Assembly: GCA_963832165.1 (NCBI GenBank)
Contig: CAWHTE010000004.1
Coordinates: forward strand, 32,001 to 96,000
Direction: 5' to 3'
Source of the DNA: an uncultured delta proteobacterium
Lineage (GTDB): Bacteria; Myxococcota_A; UBA9160; SMWR01
Length of the DNA: 64,000 bases
Numbering within the stretch: the stretch's first letter is position 1; each line of letters begins with the position of its first letter. The position numbers and the translations under genes are program-made. The notes beneath the pieces are model-generated. The model had not been told where the DNA came from, did not search any database, and saw nothing but the letters and a program-made list of their open reading frames with translations. This document shows positions 16,726 to 29,742 of the stretch, in pieces.

Positions 16726-17993
16726 GTCGCGAGGGCTTTCCAGCTCGCTTGCTCGCGTGCCGGCGTTCGGGCGACCGCGCGTTCCAGCACCTTCCCGTAG
16801 ACCTCGAGCAGCTCGCGCACGTGCGCTCCGGGACTCGGCGGGTCGCTCCAGAAGCGCTTGCGCGCCTCCTCTCCCATGCGAGCTGCGAGAGCGGGATCGT
16901 CGTAGAGCCGCCGCAGCGCCGCGGCGAGCTCCGCGACGTCGCCGGTCCGGAACAGCAGCCCGGTTTCGCCGTGCGACACGAAGTCGATCGCCGCGCAGTT
17001 GTCGGACACCACCGCGGGTACGCCCAACGCCGCGGCCTCCGCGACGACGAGTCCCTGCGTCTCGTACCAGAGCGAGGGCAGCACGAGTGCGCGGGCGCGC
17101 CGCATCTCTTCGGTGACACCGTCGCGGGTCAGATGGCCCGTGAAGCGCGCCGCCGGAAAACGCGTCTGCAGCTGCGTGCGGTCGAGCCCTTCACCCACGC
17201 AGACCGCGGGTACGCCGGCGCGCTCGCAGGCCTCCAGGAACACCGCCTGTCCCTTGGGCCGGAACAACCGCGCCACCATCAGGAAGGCCGGGGCGGCCGC
17301 TACGTCCGCGGCCGGACCTCTCGCCACCTCGATCGGATTGCGGACGTAGTGGACGTGCGCGTCGGCCGGCAGTCCGGGTCGCAGGATCCGCTCACTGAAC
17401 CGGGATACGACGATGAACTCGCGCAGACGGCCCGGCAGACCGCCAAACCCGTGCTGCACTCCCTGGCGCGCCACGCGGTAGAGCTTGTGCGAGTAGCTGC
17501 GCGAATCGCAGTGGGTCGAGATGCACGACATCGACATCGGCCGCCGCGTGCAGATCTCGCCGCGCTGGTGGTCGAAGAACATGCCGTTGGGGCACATCGA
17601 GAAGAACTCGTGCAGCGTGCAGACGAGCGGGAAGCCTGCGGAACGAACGGCCTGCACGACGCTGCTCGACAGCGACTTGGTCCAGCTGTGCAGATGCACG
17701 ACCGTGTCGTTCGGATCGCATTCGCGCAGGAGCTTCCGGAGCGCCCGCGCCGCGCGCCGATTCCAGAGGCCCTGTAGCGCCACCGCGGCGCTGTCCTGCC
17801 CGCGCAACAGATCGTCCTGTCCCGTGCACACCAATCGCGCGCGGCGCTCGCTGTGATCGTCCGGCCGCAGCGCATCGGCGACGAACAACGTGACGTCGAC
17901 GCCCTCGGCCGCGAGCGCTTCCGCGGACACGAGCGCTGCCACGTCGGCTCCGCCGTCGGGATACAGATGATCGTTGACGACGATGATCTTCAA
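16722..17993 (-). CDS. Glycosyltransferase family 4
   Basis: TLHEF, PSLWYETQGLVVAEAAALGVP; TTG start. Confidence 0.88.
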   Translation of the reverse strand: MKIIVVNDHLYPDGGADVAALVSAEALAAEGVDVTLFVADALRPDDHSERRARLVCTGQDDLLRGQDSAAVALQGLWNRRAARALRKLLRECDPNDTVVHLHSWTKSLSSSVVQAVRSAGFPLVCTLHEFFSMCPNGMFFDHQRGEICTRRPMSMSCISTHCDSRSYSHKLYRVARQGVQHGFGGLPGRLREFIVVSRFSERILRPGLPADAHVHYVRNPIEVARGPAADVAAAPAFLMVARLFRPKGQAVFLEACERAGVPAVCVGEGLDRTQLQTRFPAARFTGHLTRDGVTEEMRRARALVLPSLWYETQGLVVAEAAALGVPAVVSDNCAAIDFVSHGETGLLFRTGDVAELAAALRRLYDDPALAARMGEEARKRFWSDPPSPGAHVRELLEVYGKVLERAVARTPAREQASWKALAT

Positions 17994-18203
17994 GTCGAAG
18001 CCTCGCGCCGCGACCCGACCCGATGATCAGTGAAACGGATCCATTCCCGGTAATTGGACCGGGTAAGCGGCGGAACAAGTGTTTCACACTCCAAGCGGCA
18101 AGTGCTAGTCCAGCTCGCGAGAATTTCACGTCGAATGGTTCGCCGAGCGAATGGACCCGTTCGCCGGCCGAACCGTCAGGCGATCGACTGCGGGCTAGCG
18201 GCG

Positions 18204-18980
18204 TTAGTCCTGCGTTTCGGACTTCGGAAGCGCGTTGAGCGCCCAGTCGTAGTCGAAGTATTCGAGCCGTGCGCTGGCGGCGTGCGCGCGGAGCCAATCG
18301 CGATCGGCGCCCGGGGCATTATGGGTCACGAACGCGAGCACTCCGCCCAATGCCAAGAAATCTTCTTCGAACCAAGTGAAAATCTTGCTGAGACGGACCG
18401 TGTTCTCTGCCCGGTCTATGCGCATGCCTTTGCCCGTGTCGGCGATCCACTGGCGAACCGCGGCGTCGAGCTGGGCGTCGAGCCGGCCCGCGGCGAGCGG
18501 CTCGCGCGGCAGCGCCGGACACGAGGTGGACGCGCAGATCACGACCGCGTGCGTTCGCGGGTCACCGAGCGGGCGCACGATTTCGTGCTCGATCTCGTCC
18601 AGCGTGACGGCGCGGTCGCCGACCTGGCCGGCGGGTCGCTTCCAGACCGGTCGCAGGAGCGAGCCGATATCGCGGATGCTCTCGATCGGATAGTGGCGGG
18701 CCACGAGATCGATCGCGAGGATGTTGTAGGCGTTCACCCAGAATGCGATCTGCTGCTCGCGCGTGCGCGGCGCGGCGGGGTCGCTGCGGGCCAGGCTCTC
18801 GATCAGTCGCTTCCAGTCCGCGGACGCGCCGATCGCGGGATAGTCGACGCGCACGCGCGCGAGGTCGGCCACGGGTCGCGTGTGGCGCTGCAGCAGCGCC
18901 GCGTAGAGCGCCTCGTCGAACGCCGCCGCGGGCACCGCGAGTGTGAGCGCGAGCAGAGCGGCAGCGATCGGAAGCGGCAT
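18204..18980 (-). CDS. DUF547 domain secreted protein
   Basis: AFWVNAYN, LDEIEHEI, DPRTH...CAS.SCP, YDWALN; start MPLPIAA. Confidence 0.85.
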   Translation of the reverse strand: MPLPIAAALLALTLAVPAAAFDEALYAALLQRHTRPVADLARVRVDYPAIGASADWKRLIESLARSDPAAPRTREQQIAFWVNAYNILAIDLVARHYPIESIRDIGSLLRPVWKRPAGQVGDRAVTLDEIEHEIVRPLGDPRTHAVVICASTSCPALPREPLAAGRLDAQLDAAVRQWIADTGKGMRIDRAENTVRLSKIFTWFEEDFLALGGVLAFVTHNAPGADRDWLRAHAASARLEYFDYDWALNALPKSETQD

Positions 18981-18988
18981 GGTGCTCC

Positions 18989-20125
18989 CTACTTGAGCTG
19001 GCTGTGGTGCTGGAGCGTTTCGATCGCGTGCGCGGCCTGCGCGCGCTCCGCTTCGAGGAAGCGCTCGACCGCGCGCGCGAGCCGCCGATCGGCCAGGTAG
19101 TGGAGGCTGTAGGTCGGCTGCGCGTCGAATCCGCGCAGGAACTTGTAGTCGCCACCCGCGCCGGGCTCGAAGCGCGCGATGCCCGCCTCGATGCAGTGCT
19201 CGATCGCCGCGTAGTAGCAGACGTCGAAGTGGAGATGGCGAATCGGCTCGAGGGCGCCCCAGTAGCGGCCGTAGAGCGCAGTGCCCTTCACGACGTTGGT
19301 GGTGCCCGCCACGATCTCGCCATCGCGCCGAGCGACCACGAAACACAGCCGATGTCGAAAGCGCTCGCGCAGCAGGTCGAAGAACGCGCGGTTCAGGTAG
19401 CGGCGCCCGTAGTAGTGCGCGTCGACCGTGGCGCGGTAGCAGCGGTACATCGGCTCGAACACGGCGTCCGAGATCGCATCGCCGCGCAGCACCTCGGTCT
19501 TCACGCCCTGCTCGAGGACGCCGCGCCGCTCGCGCTTGACCTGATTGCGGCGCTTGTGGCGCAGCCGTCCGAGGTAGTCGTCGAACGTCGCGTAGTCCGC
19601 ATTGTGCCAGTGGTATTGGAGCCCGACGCGCAGCAGGTAATCCGCGCCTGCGAGCGCGTCGCGCTCATCGGGCAGGCAGAAGTTCACGTGCGCGCCCGAG
19701 ATCTCGTGGCGATCGCACAGCTCGCGCAGTCCCGCGCCGAGCTGCGCGATCGCGAGGGCGCGGTCGGTTCCGGGCGCGGTCAGGAAGCGCGCGCCGGTCA
19801 CGGGCGTGAACGGGACCCCGACCAGGAGCTTCGGGTAGTAGGCGATGCCCGCGCGCTGGGCCGCATCGGCCCAGCCCCAATCGAATACGAACTCGCCCTC
19901 GCTGTGGTGTTTCTCGTAGAGCGGGCACGCGGCGATGACCCGACCGCGCTCGCGGATCACGAGCGGCCGCGGCAGCCAGCCCGTGCGCTCCCCGACGCAG
20001 CCGGCCTCCTCGAGCGAGGCGAGCCACTCCCATTCCAGGAATGGGGACTCCTCCGCGACGAGTGCATTCCACTCGTCGCGCGGGACGTGCGCCACGCCCT
20101 CGAGCAACTCGATCTTCGCGCTCAC
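18989..20125 (-). CDS. FemAB-like/GNAT-fold protein (DUF482 family)
   Basis: PFLEWEWL..LE, HSEGEFVFDWGWA, YYPKL.VGVPFTPVTG, LYGRYWG, HF..CYY..IE, FEPGAGG. Confidence 0.85.
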   Translation of the reverse strand: MSAKIELLEGVAHVPRDEWNALVAEESPFLEWEWLASLEEAGCVGERTGWLPRPLVIRERGRVIAACPLYEKHHSEGEFVFDWGWADAAQRAGIAYYPKLLVGVPFTPVTGARFLTAPGTDRALAIAQLGAGLRELCDRHEISGAHVNFCLPDERDALAGADYLLRVGLQYHWHNADYATFDDYLGRLRHKRRNQVKRERRGVLEQGVKTEVLRGDAISDAVFEPMYRCYRATVDAHYYGRRYLNRAFFDLLRERFRHRLCFVVARRDGEIVAGTTNVVKGTALYGRYWGALEPIRHLHFDVCYYAAIEHCIEAGIARFEPGAGGDYKFLRGFDAQPTYSLHYLADRRLARAVERFLEAERAQAAHAIETLQHHSQLK

Positions 20126-20197
20126 GGGCCCATTCTAAGGGAGGGAGCACCCGCGAAGCAGGGAAGGGGCCCGCAGGCCCCGCGCTATGTTGAGGGC

Positions 20198-20562
20198 ATG
20201 CCGAACGATCCGGGACGCCCGGGGGGTCCGCCGGTCGGCCCGCCGGCCGGCCCGCGCCGCGCCGACCCGCGCCGCGAGGGCGAGGTCCTGACCGCGACGC
20301 GCCGCAAGGTGGCGCGTCCGCCAAAGTACAAAGTGCTGCTCTACAACGACGATTACACGCCGATGGAGTTCGTCGTGGCGATTCTCGAGAACCTGTTCGG
20401 GAAAGGACCGACGGAGGCCACGCAGATCATGCTCGCGATCCACCACACCGGGCTCGGCGTCGCGGGCGTCTATGTGCAGGACGTCGCGGAAACCAAGGTA
20501 GCGGCCGTGCACTCGGCGGCCGAACAGCGAGGCTACCCGCTGCGCGCGGGTGCGGAGAAGGA

Positions 20563-20566
<4 letters not shown>
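20198..20566 (+). CDS. clpS: ATP-dependent Clp protease adaptor ClpS
   Basis: YKVLLYNDDYTPMEFVV, IMLAIH..G, AETKV; overlaps clpA start. Confidence 0.95.
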
Positions 20567-22869
<2,303 letters not shown>

Positions 22870-22898
22870 GTACCGGACGCGCTCGAAATCGCGCGCGA

Positions 22899-23513
22899 CT
22901 AGCGCACCAGCGTCCGCAGGAGCCAGCGCTCGAGCGTCTCGTACGGCAGCGCGCCTACGATCGCGAAGTCGTCCTGTGCGCGGCGCAGTGCGGGCACGCC
23001 GGTCGCGCCTTCCTCGTGCGCCCGCTCGTGGTCGGCATGGACGCGCGCGACCAGATCCCCATTGCGCAGTGACGGGAACGAATCGGCTGCGAGTCCGGCC
23101 GCGCTCCAGATCTCGCGCAGCACCGCTTCGCAGCTGATGTCGCGGCTCTCGGCGAAGTAGGCGGAAAACATCCGGCGCTGCAGCGCGCGGTACGCGGCGT
23201 CGCCGAGGTCCAGCGCGGCCTTCGAGGCGACTTGCGCGGGCAGGCTGTGGGACGGCGGAGCGTCGCGACCCGTCCAGGCGTGGAACTCGGGCGCGTCGGG
23301 CTCGGCCGCGATGCGCAGCCAGCCGTGTGTGTAGGCGCGAAACTTCTCGGGATCCCGCGGCTCGCTCGGCGGCTCCGCGCGCAGCAGGTAGCTGCGCCAC
23401 TCGAACTCGACCTCCCCCGGATGCTCCGCCTCGAGCCGCCACAATCGTGCGGAGCCCAGATAGCACCACGGGCAGAGCCAATCCGAATAGACGACGAAGC
23501 GAACCGGGGCCAC
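22899..23513 (-). CDS. DsbA/FrnE-family oxidoreductase
   Basis: YSDWLCPWCY, GVP cis-Pro loop. Confidence 0.85.
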   Translation of the reverse strand: MAPVRFVVYSDWLCPWCYLGSARLWRLEAEHPGEVEFEWRSYLLRAEPPSEPRDPEKFRAYTHGWLRIAAEPDAPEFHAWTGRDAPPSHSLPAQVASKAALDLGDAAYRALQRRMFSAYFAESRDISCEAVLREIWSAAGLAADSFPSLRNGDLVARVHADHERAHEEGATGVPALRRAQDDFAIVGALPYETLERWLLRTLVR

Positions 23514-23525
23514 GGGCGCGATCCG

Positions 23526-23951
23526 CTAGTGGTCTGCGATCGCGCCGCGCGCGACGAGATCGGCGCGGAGCTGCTCGACCCGGGCGCGGTTCACGCCGAA
23601 GTCCGAGTAGCCGATTCGCGACGCCGAGCGCACCGCGACGATCCCGTGCTCGGCCTTCTTCGCGCGCAGGTGCAGCTCGAGATCGTCGACGAAGCCGAAC
23701 AGGGCGCTGTGACACTCGGCGTGGATGTAGTCTTCAGTGCGCCTCACGATGCGGGTGCGCGGCAGCGCCGACACCGCCTCGCGCATCACCTTCCAGGCGT
23801 CGGCGGCCGGTATCGCGAGCGTGAACGGAGCGACGCGATGGTCGTCCTCGGCGGCGTCGCTGCACACGCAGTTGGGGGAGAAGGGGCAATCGACGAGGCG
23901 ACCGCCGACCACTCCGGCCTTGTGCCGCTTTCCTTTCGAAAAGATGACCAT
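23526..23951 (-). CDS. DUF1499 domain protein
   Basis: L..CP.SPNCV.S, FGFVDDLE, VRSASRIGYSDFGVNRARVE. Confidence 0.85.
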   Translation of the reverse strand: MVIFSKGKRHKAGVVGGRLVDCPFSPNCVCSDAAEDDHRVAPFTLAIPAADAWKVMREAVSALPRTRIVRRTEDYIHAECHSALFGFVDDLELHLRAKKAEHGIVAVRSASRIGYSDFGVNRARVEQLRADLVARGAIADH

Positions 23952-24058
23952 CGCTCTGCCTTCTGCGACCCACCCCATTCTACGCCTCGCATGCCGATCC
24001 CCGCAGCGTACGGACCGGCCCTTGAATCCAGCAGCGGGGGCGTGTTGAATGAGATCCG

Positions 24059-25037
24059 ATGCCTTCGCAGGGCGGCGACGACGAGATCCGGCTCGAGATC
24101 CAGCGCCTTCGCAGCGAGATCGCCCAGCTCGAGAGCGCCGAGCGCGCCTACCGCGAGATCGTCAATCGCTCGAACGCGATCGTGCTGCGCTGGGATCCCC
24201 AGGGCCGCATCCTCTTCATGAACGACTTCGGCCAGCGCCTGTTCGGCTACCCGGAGGAGGAGCTCGTCGGCCGCTCGGTGCTCGACCTGATCGTGCCGGA
24301 CACCGAGTCGTCGGGGCGCGACCTCGTCGCGATGATCCACGACATCCTCCTCCATCCCGAGCGCTATGAGCACAACGAGAACGAGAACGTGGCGCGTGAC
24401 GGCAGTCGCCTCTGGATCACGTGGCGCAACACGGCGATCGTCGACTCGAAGGGACGGCTCGTGGAGGATCCTCTCGACCGGCGTCGATACGACCGACCGG
24501 AAGCGCGCCGAAGACGCGCTGCGCGCGAACGAGGAGCGCTTTCGCGAGCTCGCCGTGCACGACGATCTCACCGGTCTCTACAACACCCGCTACCTCTATC
24601 AGGCGCTCCAGGAGCTGATCGCGGCGAGCGCCACGGCGCGCGAGGTGTTCTCGATCCTGTTCATCGACCTCGACCACTTCAAGCGGCTGGTCGATTCGCG
24701 CGGACACTTGAATGGGAGCCGCGCGATCCAGGAGGTGGCCGAGAGCATCCGGAGCTGCCTCGATCGCCCGGCGTGGGCGGTCGCCTATGCCGGCGACGAG
24801 TTCGTCGTCGTGCTTCCGGGCTTCGTGCGCGCCGCGGCGCACGAGAAGGCGCGGCAGATCCAGGTGTGCATCCGCGAGACGCACTACCTCGGCTCGACCG
24901 GACAGCCGGAGCGCCTCGCGGCGAGCTTCGGCGTCGCGACCTATCCCGACGACGCATCCGATCTCGAGAAGCTGCTCGCGCTCGGAGATCAGGCCTTGTT
25001 CTCGGTCAAGAACTCCGGCCGCGACGGCATCGCGTAG
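24059..25037 (+). CDS. PAS-GGDEF diguanylate cyclase-like protein, +1 frameshift near 24467
   Basis: PAS in frame of 24059; D.LTGLYN, DLDHFK, AGDEF in frame of 24366..25037; GTG GAG G ATC CTC has one extra G. Confidence 0.8.
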
Positions 25038-25161
25038 TACGCTCGTTAGGCCGAGACGCGCGGCGCTGCTGGATCGACGGCGAGAGGCCGTTCGGGAGAC
25101 TAACGACCCGCCGATCGAATACCGTTTGCGGAGTCGTCGCGCGGCGGTTCATGATGACGCC

Positions 25162-26772
25162 ATGACGGCAAACCACCGGCGCGTGGTGGGCTTCGTGTGG
25201 CTGGTTGCACTGATCCTGGGATTCGCCGCGTCGCCCGCGTGGGCGGAGCCGACCTGCGGACCGGAGGTGGTCCCCGGTGGAGACTGGCCCGTCCACGGTC
25301 GCGATGCGATGAACAGCCGGCACCAGGAGGCCGAGGATCAGATCGGGCCTCTGCAGGCGATCACGCTGCAACCGGCGTGGACGTATCGCACCGGTGAAGG
25401 TCTCGGCAACCTTCCGATCGGCGACCTGAACGCCACTCCGATCATCGCTCACGGCTGTCTGTACCTCGTCGCCAGCACCGGGGCCGTGATCGCGCTGAAT
25501 GCCGACACCGGGGAGGTCGTGTGGCGGCAGCAGATCGACCTGACGACGCCCGGCCCGGACGGCAACCTGATCAGCTCGCCCGTGGTGACCGATGGCAAGC
25601 TCGTCGCGATCGTGAATCGGCTCGATGCACCCTACCTGGCTGCATTCGACGCGCGCTCGGGCGCGCCGCTCTGGTCGAGCGATCCGCTTCACGAGCAGGT
25701 CGGCTTCTACAGCCACGCCACACCGGTCGTCTACCGGAACGTGATCGTCGCCGGATTCTCGCCGAGAGAAGCCGATCCCGACGGGCGCGGGGGCGTGACG
25801 CTGGTCGACCTCGCCACGGGCGCGATTCTGAAGAAGACCTTCAGCATTCCCGACGAAGACTTCGCGACCGGGTTCGCGGGCGGCGGCGTGTGGACCGCAC
25901 CCGCGATTGACGAGGTCGGCGGTTACGCCTACTACGGCACGAGCAACCCCTACAACAAGACCAACACGGAGCACGAGGGAACCAACGCGATCCTGAAGAT
26001 CGATCTGAACCCGGGACCGGGGTTCGGAGCGATCGTCGGCAGCTTGAAGGGGAACGTCGACCAGGTTCTGGAGGTGGTGCAGACCGTGGCGGGGCCCACC
26101 TGCATGCTGCTCGGCGCCGATCCCGCGCTGCAGTTTCCGGACAGCATCCCGTGCCTGCAGGTCGATCTCGATTTCGGCGCGCCGCCCAACCTATTTCGCG
26201 ACGCCAACGGCGTCCTGCTGATCGGCGACCTGCAGAAATCCGGCGTGTACCACGTGGGAAACGCCGAGACGATGGCGCCGGCCTGGCAGACGTTGGTGGG
26301 CCTCCCGTGCACGTTCTGCAATGCGGCGGCGACCGCGTGGGACCGCAGCGGCAGGCTGTTTTCGGAGAGCACACCCGGCGGGCTGATGGTCGGGCTCAAT
26401 GCGACGGGCGGAGCGGTGTCGTGGGTCTCTCCAGTGCTCGACCTGATCCACTACCAGGCGGTGAGCTCGGCGAATGGAGTCGTCTACACGGTCGACTCGC
26501 TGGGCTTCTTCGACGCGTTCGAAGCCAGCACCGGCCTGCCGCTCGTTCGACGCCTGATGGCGCTCGATACCGGGTTTCCGGCGTTAGGCCTCAGCAGCAG
26601 CGGAGTCGCCATCGCACGGCACACCGTGTATGCGGCGCTCGGAGATGCGGTCGTCGCCTATCGAGCCCCGGAGCCGCAGCCGACGCCAGAGCCCGCCGGC
26701 CCGTTGCCTCCGATCATCGCGGGCCTCGCGGTCGTGCTCCTGCACCGGCGGAGGCGATCGTCGCGGGCCTGA
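25162..26772 (+). CDS. PQQ-like beta-propeller protein (polyvinyl-alcohol dehydrogenase-like) with PEP-CTERM-like tail
   Basis: Signal peptide; DWP..G, ALNA.TG...W repeats, GGGVW, DLDFG; C-terminus TPEP-hydrophobic-RRRR. Confidence 0.75.
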   Translation: MTANHRRVVGFVWLVALILGFAASPAWAEPTCGPEVVPGGDWPVHGRDAMNSRHQEAEDQIGPLQAITLQPAWTYRTGEGLGNLPIGDLNATPIIAHGCLYLVASTGAVIALNADTGEVVWRQQIDLTTPGPDGNLISSPVVTDGKLVAIVNRLDAPYLAAFDARSGAPLWSSDPLHEQVGFYSHATPVVYRNVIVAGFSPREADPDGRGGVTLVDLATGAILKKTFSIPDEDFATGFAGGGVWTAPAIDEVGGYAYYGTSNPYNKTNTEHEGTNAILKIDLNPGPGFGAIVGSLKGNVDQVLEVVQTVAGPTCMLLGADPALQFPDSIPCLQVDLDFGAPPNLFRDANGVLLIGDLQKSGVYHVGNAETMAPAWQTLVGLPCTFCNAAATAWDRSGRLFSESTPGGLMVGLNATGGAVSWVSPVLDLIHYQAVSSANGVVYTVDSLGFFDAFEASTGLPLVRRLMALDTGFPALGLSSSGVAIARHTVYAALGDAVVAYRAPEPQPTPEPAGPLPPIIAGLAVVLLHRRRRSSRA

Positions 26773-26871
26773 CCGTAGCGTGGGACGGCGCTGGCGAGCG
26801 GCACCGATCGGAGTAACGTCGAGCGCAGTCAGCGACCGGGGCATCCGCGGGAGCTCCGAGGAGGTGGTGCG

Positions 26872-27189
26872 GTGAGTTTCTTTGGTCAGAAGTGCGCGCG
26901 CTGCGGCCAGCGCCGAACCCGACGCGAGTACGAGGGCCTGCCTACCTGCGAAACCTGTGAGAAGTCGATCCAGGCCAAGATGCAGGCGGCGAAGGAGCAG
27001 AGCCGCCAGTGTCCGCTCGACGGTGCCGACATGGCCAAGGAGATCGTGCTGAACCTGATCATCGACCGCTGTCCGTCCTGTCGCGGCGTCTGGCTGGACG
27101 GCGGCGAGCTCGAGGAGATGCGCGGAGCGATCGAAGCCGGGCTCGCGCAGCAGATCATGCGCGGCATGACGTTGGCGCCGCACATCTGA
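26872..27189 (+). CDS. Zinc-ribbon (zf-TFIIB-like) protein
   Basis: CARC..CETC and CP.D...IDRCPSCRGVWLDGGEL; GAGGAGG RBS. Confidence 0.75.
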   Translation: MSFFGQKCARCGQRRTRREYEGLPTCETCEKSIQAKMQAAKEQSRQCPLDGADMAKEIVLNLIIDRCPSCRGVWLDGGELEEMRGAIEAGLAQQIMRGMTLAPHI

Positions 27190-27217
27190 CCGCCGCTCGC
27201 GAGAGCCACCGTCACGC

Positions 27218-28714
27218 TCAATCGCGGGGGAGGTGCCTCACCGCCCAGCGCCCGCGTCGGAACGACACCGCGAGCCAGATCGCGCGCGCGATGTGATCGC
27301 CCAGGATCACGAGCCAGATCCAGAGCACGGGCGCGTGGAACACGAGCGCGAACACGAACGCGGGCGGCACGCGCAGCACCCAGTTGCCGACCGCCGCGGC
27401 GACGAATGGAGTGAAGGTGTCGCCCGCGCCGCGATGCGCGCCGCCGAGCGCGAAGTGTGACTGGAGCGCGGGCTGCACGAGCGCGAGGATGATCATGAAC
27501 GGCACGATCTGGTCGATCAGCGCCTCGTCGTGCGTGAACAGGCCCGCGAGGAAGCGCGGCATTGCCGCGCACGCGCCGCCGAGCACGATCGACACCCCGA
27601 TCGCGAGGTTGTTCGCGCGCCAGCCCGACCGGATCGCCGCTTCGCGCCGCCCTGCGCCGAGCGCCTGACCCACGAGCGTCGAGGCCGCGGTGCCGAACGC
27701 GACGCCCGGAATCCACGTGAACGCGAGCAGCCTCACGCCCACTGTGTAGGCGGCGATCGCGACGCTGCCGTATTCCGAGAGCACGCGGAAGTAGGCGAGC
27801 AGCGCGAGGTTGTTCGCGAGGCGCTCTCCGATTCCCGGCACCGTCAACCGCACGACGTCGCGCACGAGCGGCCGCGCGGCCACGAAGTCGCGCAGGCGCA
27901 GCGCGAGCGGCGACCCCTCGCTCGAGCGCACCACCACGGTTGCGAACAAGAGCAGACCGATCACCTGCGACAGCAACGTGGCGAGCCCGGCTCCGACGAG
28001 CTCGAGGCGCGGGAATGGGCCGACCCCGAAGATGAACACCGAGTTGCCTGCGATCTTCACCACCGTGACCACCGAGGCGATCAGCATCGGCGTGCGGGTG
28101 TCGCGGTCGGCGCGAAGCGCGAACTCGAGCGTCATGCCCACCGCGAGCAGGAGCGACGAGCCGACCACGAGCTGCAGGTACGGAATCGCGGCGCTCGCCA
28201 CGGCGGGCTCGGCGCCGAGCATCGAGAGCATCGGCCGCGGGGCGGCGAGCAGCGCGCCCGTCAGCACCGCCGCGGTTCCCACCGAGACCATGAGCGCGGC
28301 TGCGAGCGCATGGCGAGCGCGCACGGGATCGCGCGCGCCGATCGCGTGCGCCATCAGCGCCACGGTCGCGAAGCCGACCGCGTACAGCACCGACTGGGAG
28401 AGGTGGAGAAACTGCGTCGCGTAGCCGACCGCGGCCACCGACTCCGAACCGAGCCGGCCGACCATCGCGATGTCGATCAGCCCGACCGCGGTGAGCAGCA
28501 CCTGCGAGAGCATCACGGGCCACGACAGCGCCCAGATCTCGCGCACGGAATCGCTAGACGCGCGCGATTCGGCGCGCGATACGGCGCGATCGCGCGCGGA
28601 CGGTGCCGCGGCCGAGGCGAGCGAGGCGGACGGATCGGTGCCCTCGAAATCGACCGAGGGGTCGACATCCGAGGCGGTGGCTTCGGGCGCCTCTCCCCGC
28701 GCGGCCCGGCTCAC
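27218..28714 (-). CDS. MATE family efflux transporter
   Basis: LSWPVM, D.AMVGRLG, GQALGA, RGAGDT.TP; multiple TM segments. Confidence 0.9.
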   Translation of the reverse strand: MSRAARGEAPEATASDVDPSVDFEGTDPSASLASAAAPSARDRAVSRAESRASSDSVREIWALSWPVMLSQVLLTAVGLIDIAMVGRLGSESVAAVGYATQFLHLSQSVLYAVGFATVALMAHAIGARDPVRARHALAAALMVSVGTAAVLTGALLAAPRPMLSMLGAEPAVASAAIPYLQLVVGSSLLLAVGMTLEFALRADRDTRTPMLIASVVTVVKIAGNSVFIFGVGPFPRLELVGAGLATLLSQVIGLLLFATVVVRSSEGSPLALRLRDFVAARPLVRDVVRLTVPGIGERLANNLALLAYFRVLSEYGSVAIAAYTVGVRLLAFTWIPGVAFGTAASTLVGQALGAGRREAAIRSGWRANNLAIGVSIVLGGACAAMPRFLAGLFTHDEALIDQIVPFMIILALVQPALQSHFALGGAHRGAGDTFTPFVAAAVGNWVLRVPPAFVFALVFHAPVLWIWLVILGDHIARAIWLAVSFRRGRWAVRHLPRD

Positions 28715-28719
28715 GTGGG

Positions 28720-29646
28720 TCAGCGCAGCTCGGGCGGGATCTGGAACGCGACCCCCTCGTTGACCTTCGGCAGCGAGCTCAACGCGACGTCGCCGTCACC
28801 GAGCGATCGCAGGCGCTCGACCACCTGCTCGACGAGCAGCTCCGGGGTCGAAGCGCTCGCGGTGACGCCGACGCACTCGACGTCCTCGAGCCAGTCCGGA
28901 TCGATCTCGTCGCCGTTCTGCACCATGTACGCGGCGACTCCGGACTTGCGCGCGAGCTCGACGAGCCGGTTCGCATTCGACGACGCGGGAGAGCCCACGA
29001 CCAGGATCAGCTGCGCGCGCTCGAGCAGCTGCTTCACCGCGTTCTGGCGGTTCTGGGTCGCGTAGCAGATGTCGTCCTTGCGCGGCAGGCGGACGTTGGG
29101 GAAGCGGGCTGCCAGGGCCTCGATCACGTCGCGCGTGTCGTCTACCGACAGCGTGGTCTGAGTGACGCAGCCGAGCTTGTCGGGGTTGCGGACGACCAGC
29201 GACGCGACGTCCTCGACGGTCTGGATCAGGTGGATCCGGTCGGGCGCGTGGCCCATCGTGCCCTCGACCTCGACGTGTCCCGCGTGCCCGACCAGCACCA
29301 CGTCGTAGCCGTCGTTCAGCATCCGCATCGTCTCGACGTGCACCTTGGTCACGAGCGGGCAGGTGCCGTCGATCGTGCGCAGCCCGCGCGTGCGCGCGGC
29401 TTCGCGGATCGCCGGTGACACCCCGTGCGCGCTGTAGATCAGCAGCGCGCCCGCAGGCACGTCGGCCGGGTCCTCGATGAACACCGCGCCCTTCGCGCGC
29501 AGATCGTCCACGACGTACTGGTTGTGGACGATCTCGTGGCGCACGTAGATCGGCGCACCGAAGCGGGCCAGGGCGACTTCGACGATCTCGATCGCGCGGT
29601 CGACGCCGGCACAGAACCCGCGCGGATTGGCGAGGACGACCTCCAC
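28720..29646 (-). CDS. ispH: 4-hydroxy-3-methylbut-2-enyl diphosphate reductase
   Basis: PRGFCAGV, HEIVHN, SAHGV, TCPLV.KVH, QTTLS, ICYATQNRQ, SSN. Confidence 0.95.
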   Translation of the reverse strand: MEVVLANPRGFCAGVDRAIEIVEVALARFGAPIYVRHEIVHNQYVVDDLRAKGAVFIEDPADVPAGALLIYSAHGVSPAIREAARTRGLRTIDGTCPLVTKVHVETMRMLNDGYDVVLVGHAGHVEVEGTMGHAPDRIHLIQTVEDVASLVVRNPDKLGCVTQTTLSVDDTRDVIEALAARFPNVRLPRKDDICYATQNRQNAVKQLLERAQLILVVGSPASSNANRLVELARKSGVAAYMVQNGDEIDPDWLEDVECVGVTASASTPELLVEQVVERLRSLGDGDVALSSLPKVNEGVAFQIPPELR

Positions 29647-29742
29647 TGCGCCGAGGGTAGCGAAGCGTGCGGGCCCGGGGCCCCTGGCTATCTTGGACGA
29701 CCCCGCTCGCGGTACCCGGCGCGGGGCAGGAGGATCGCTCCC

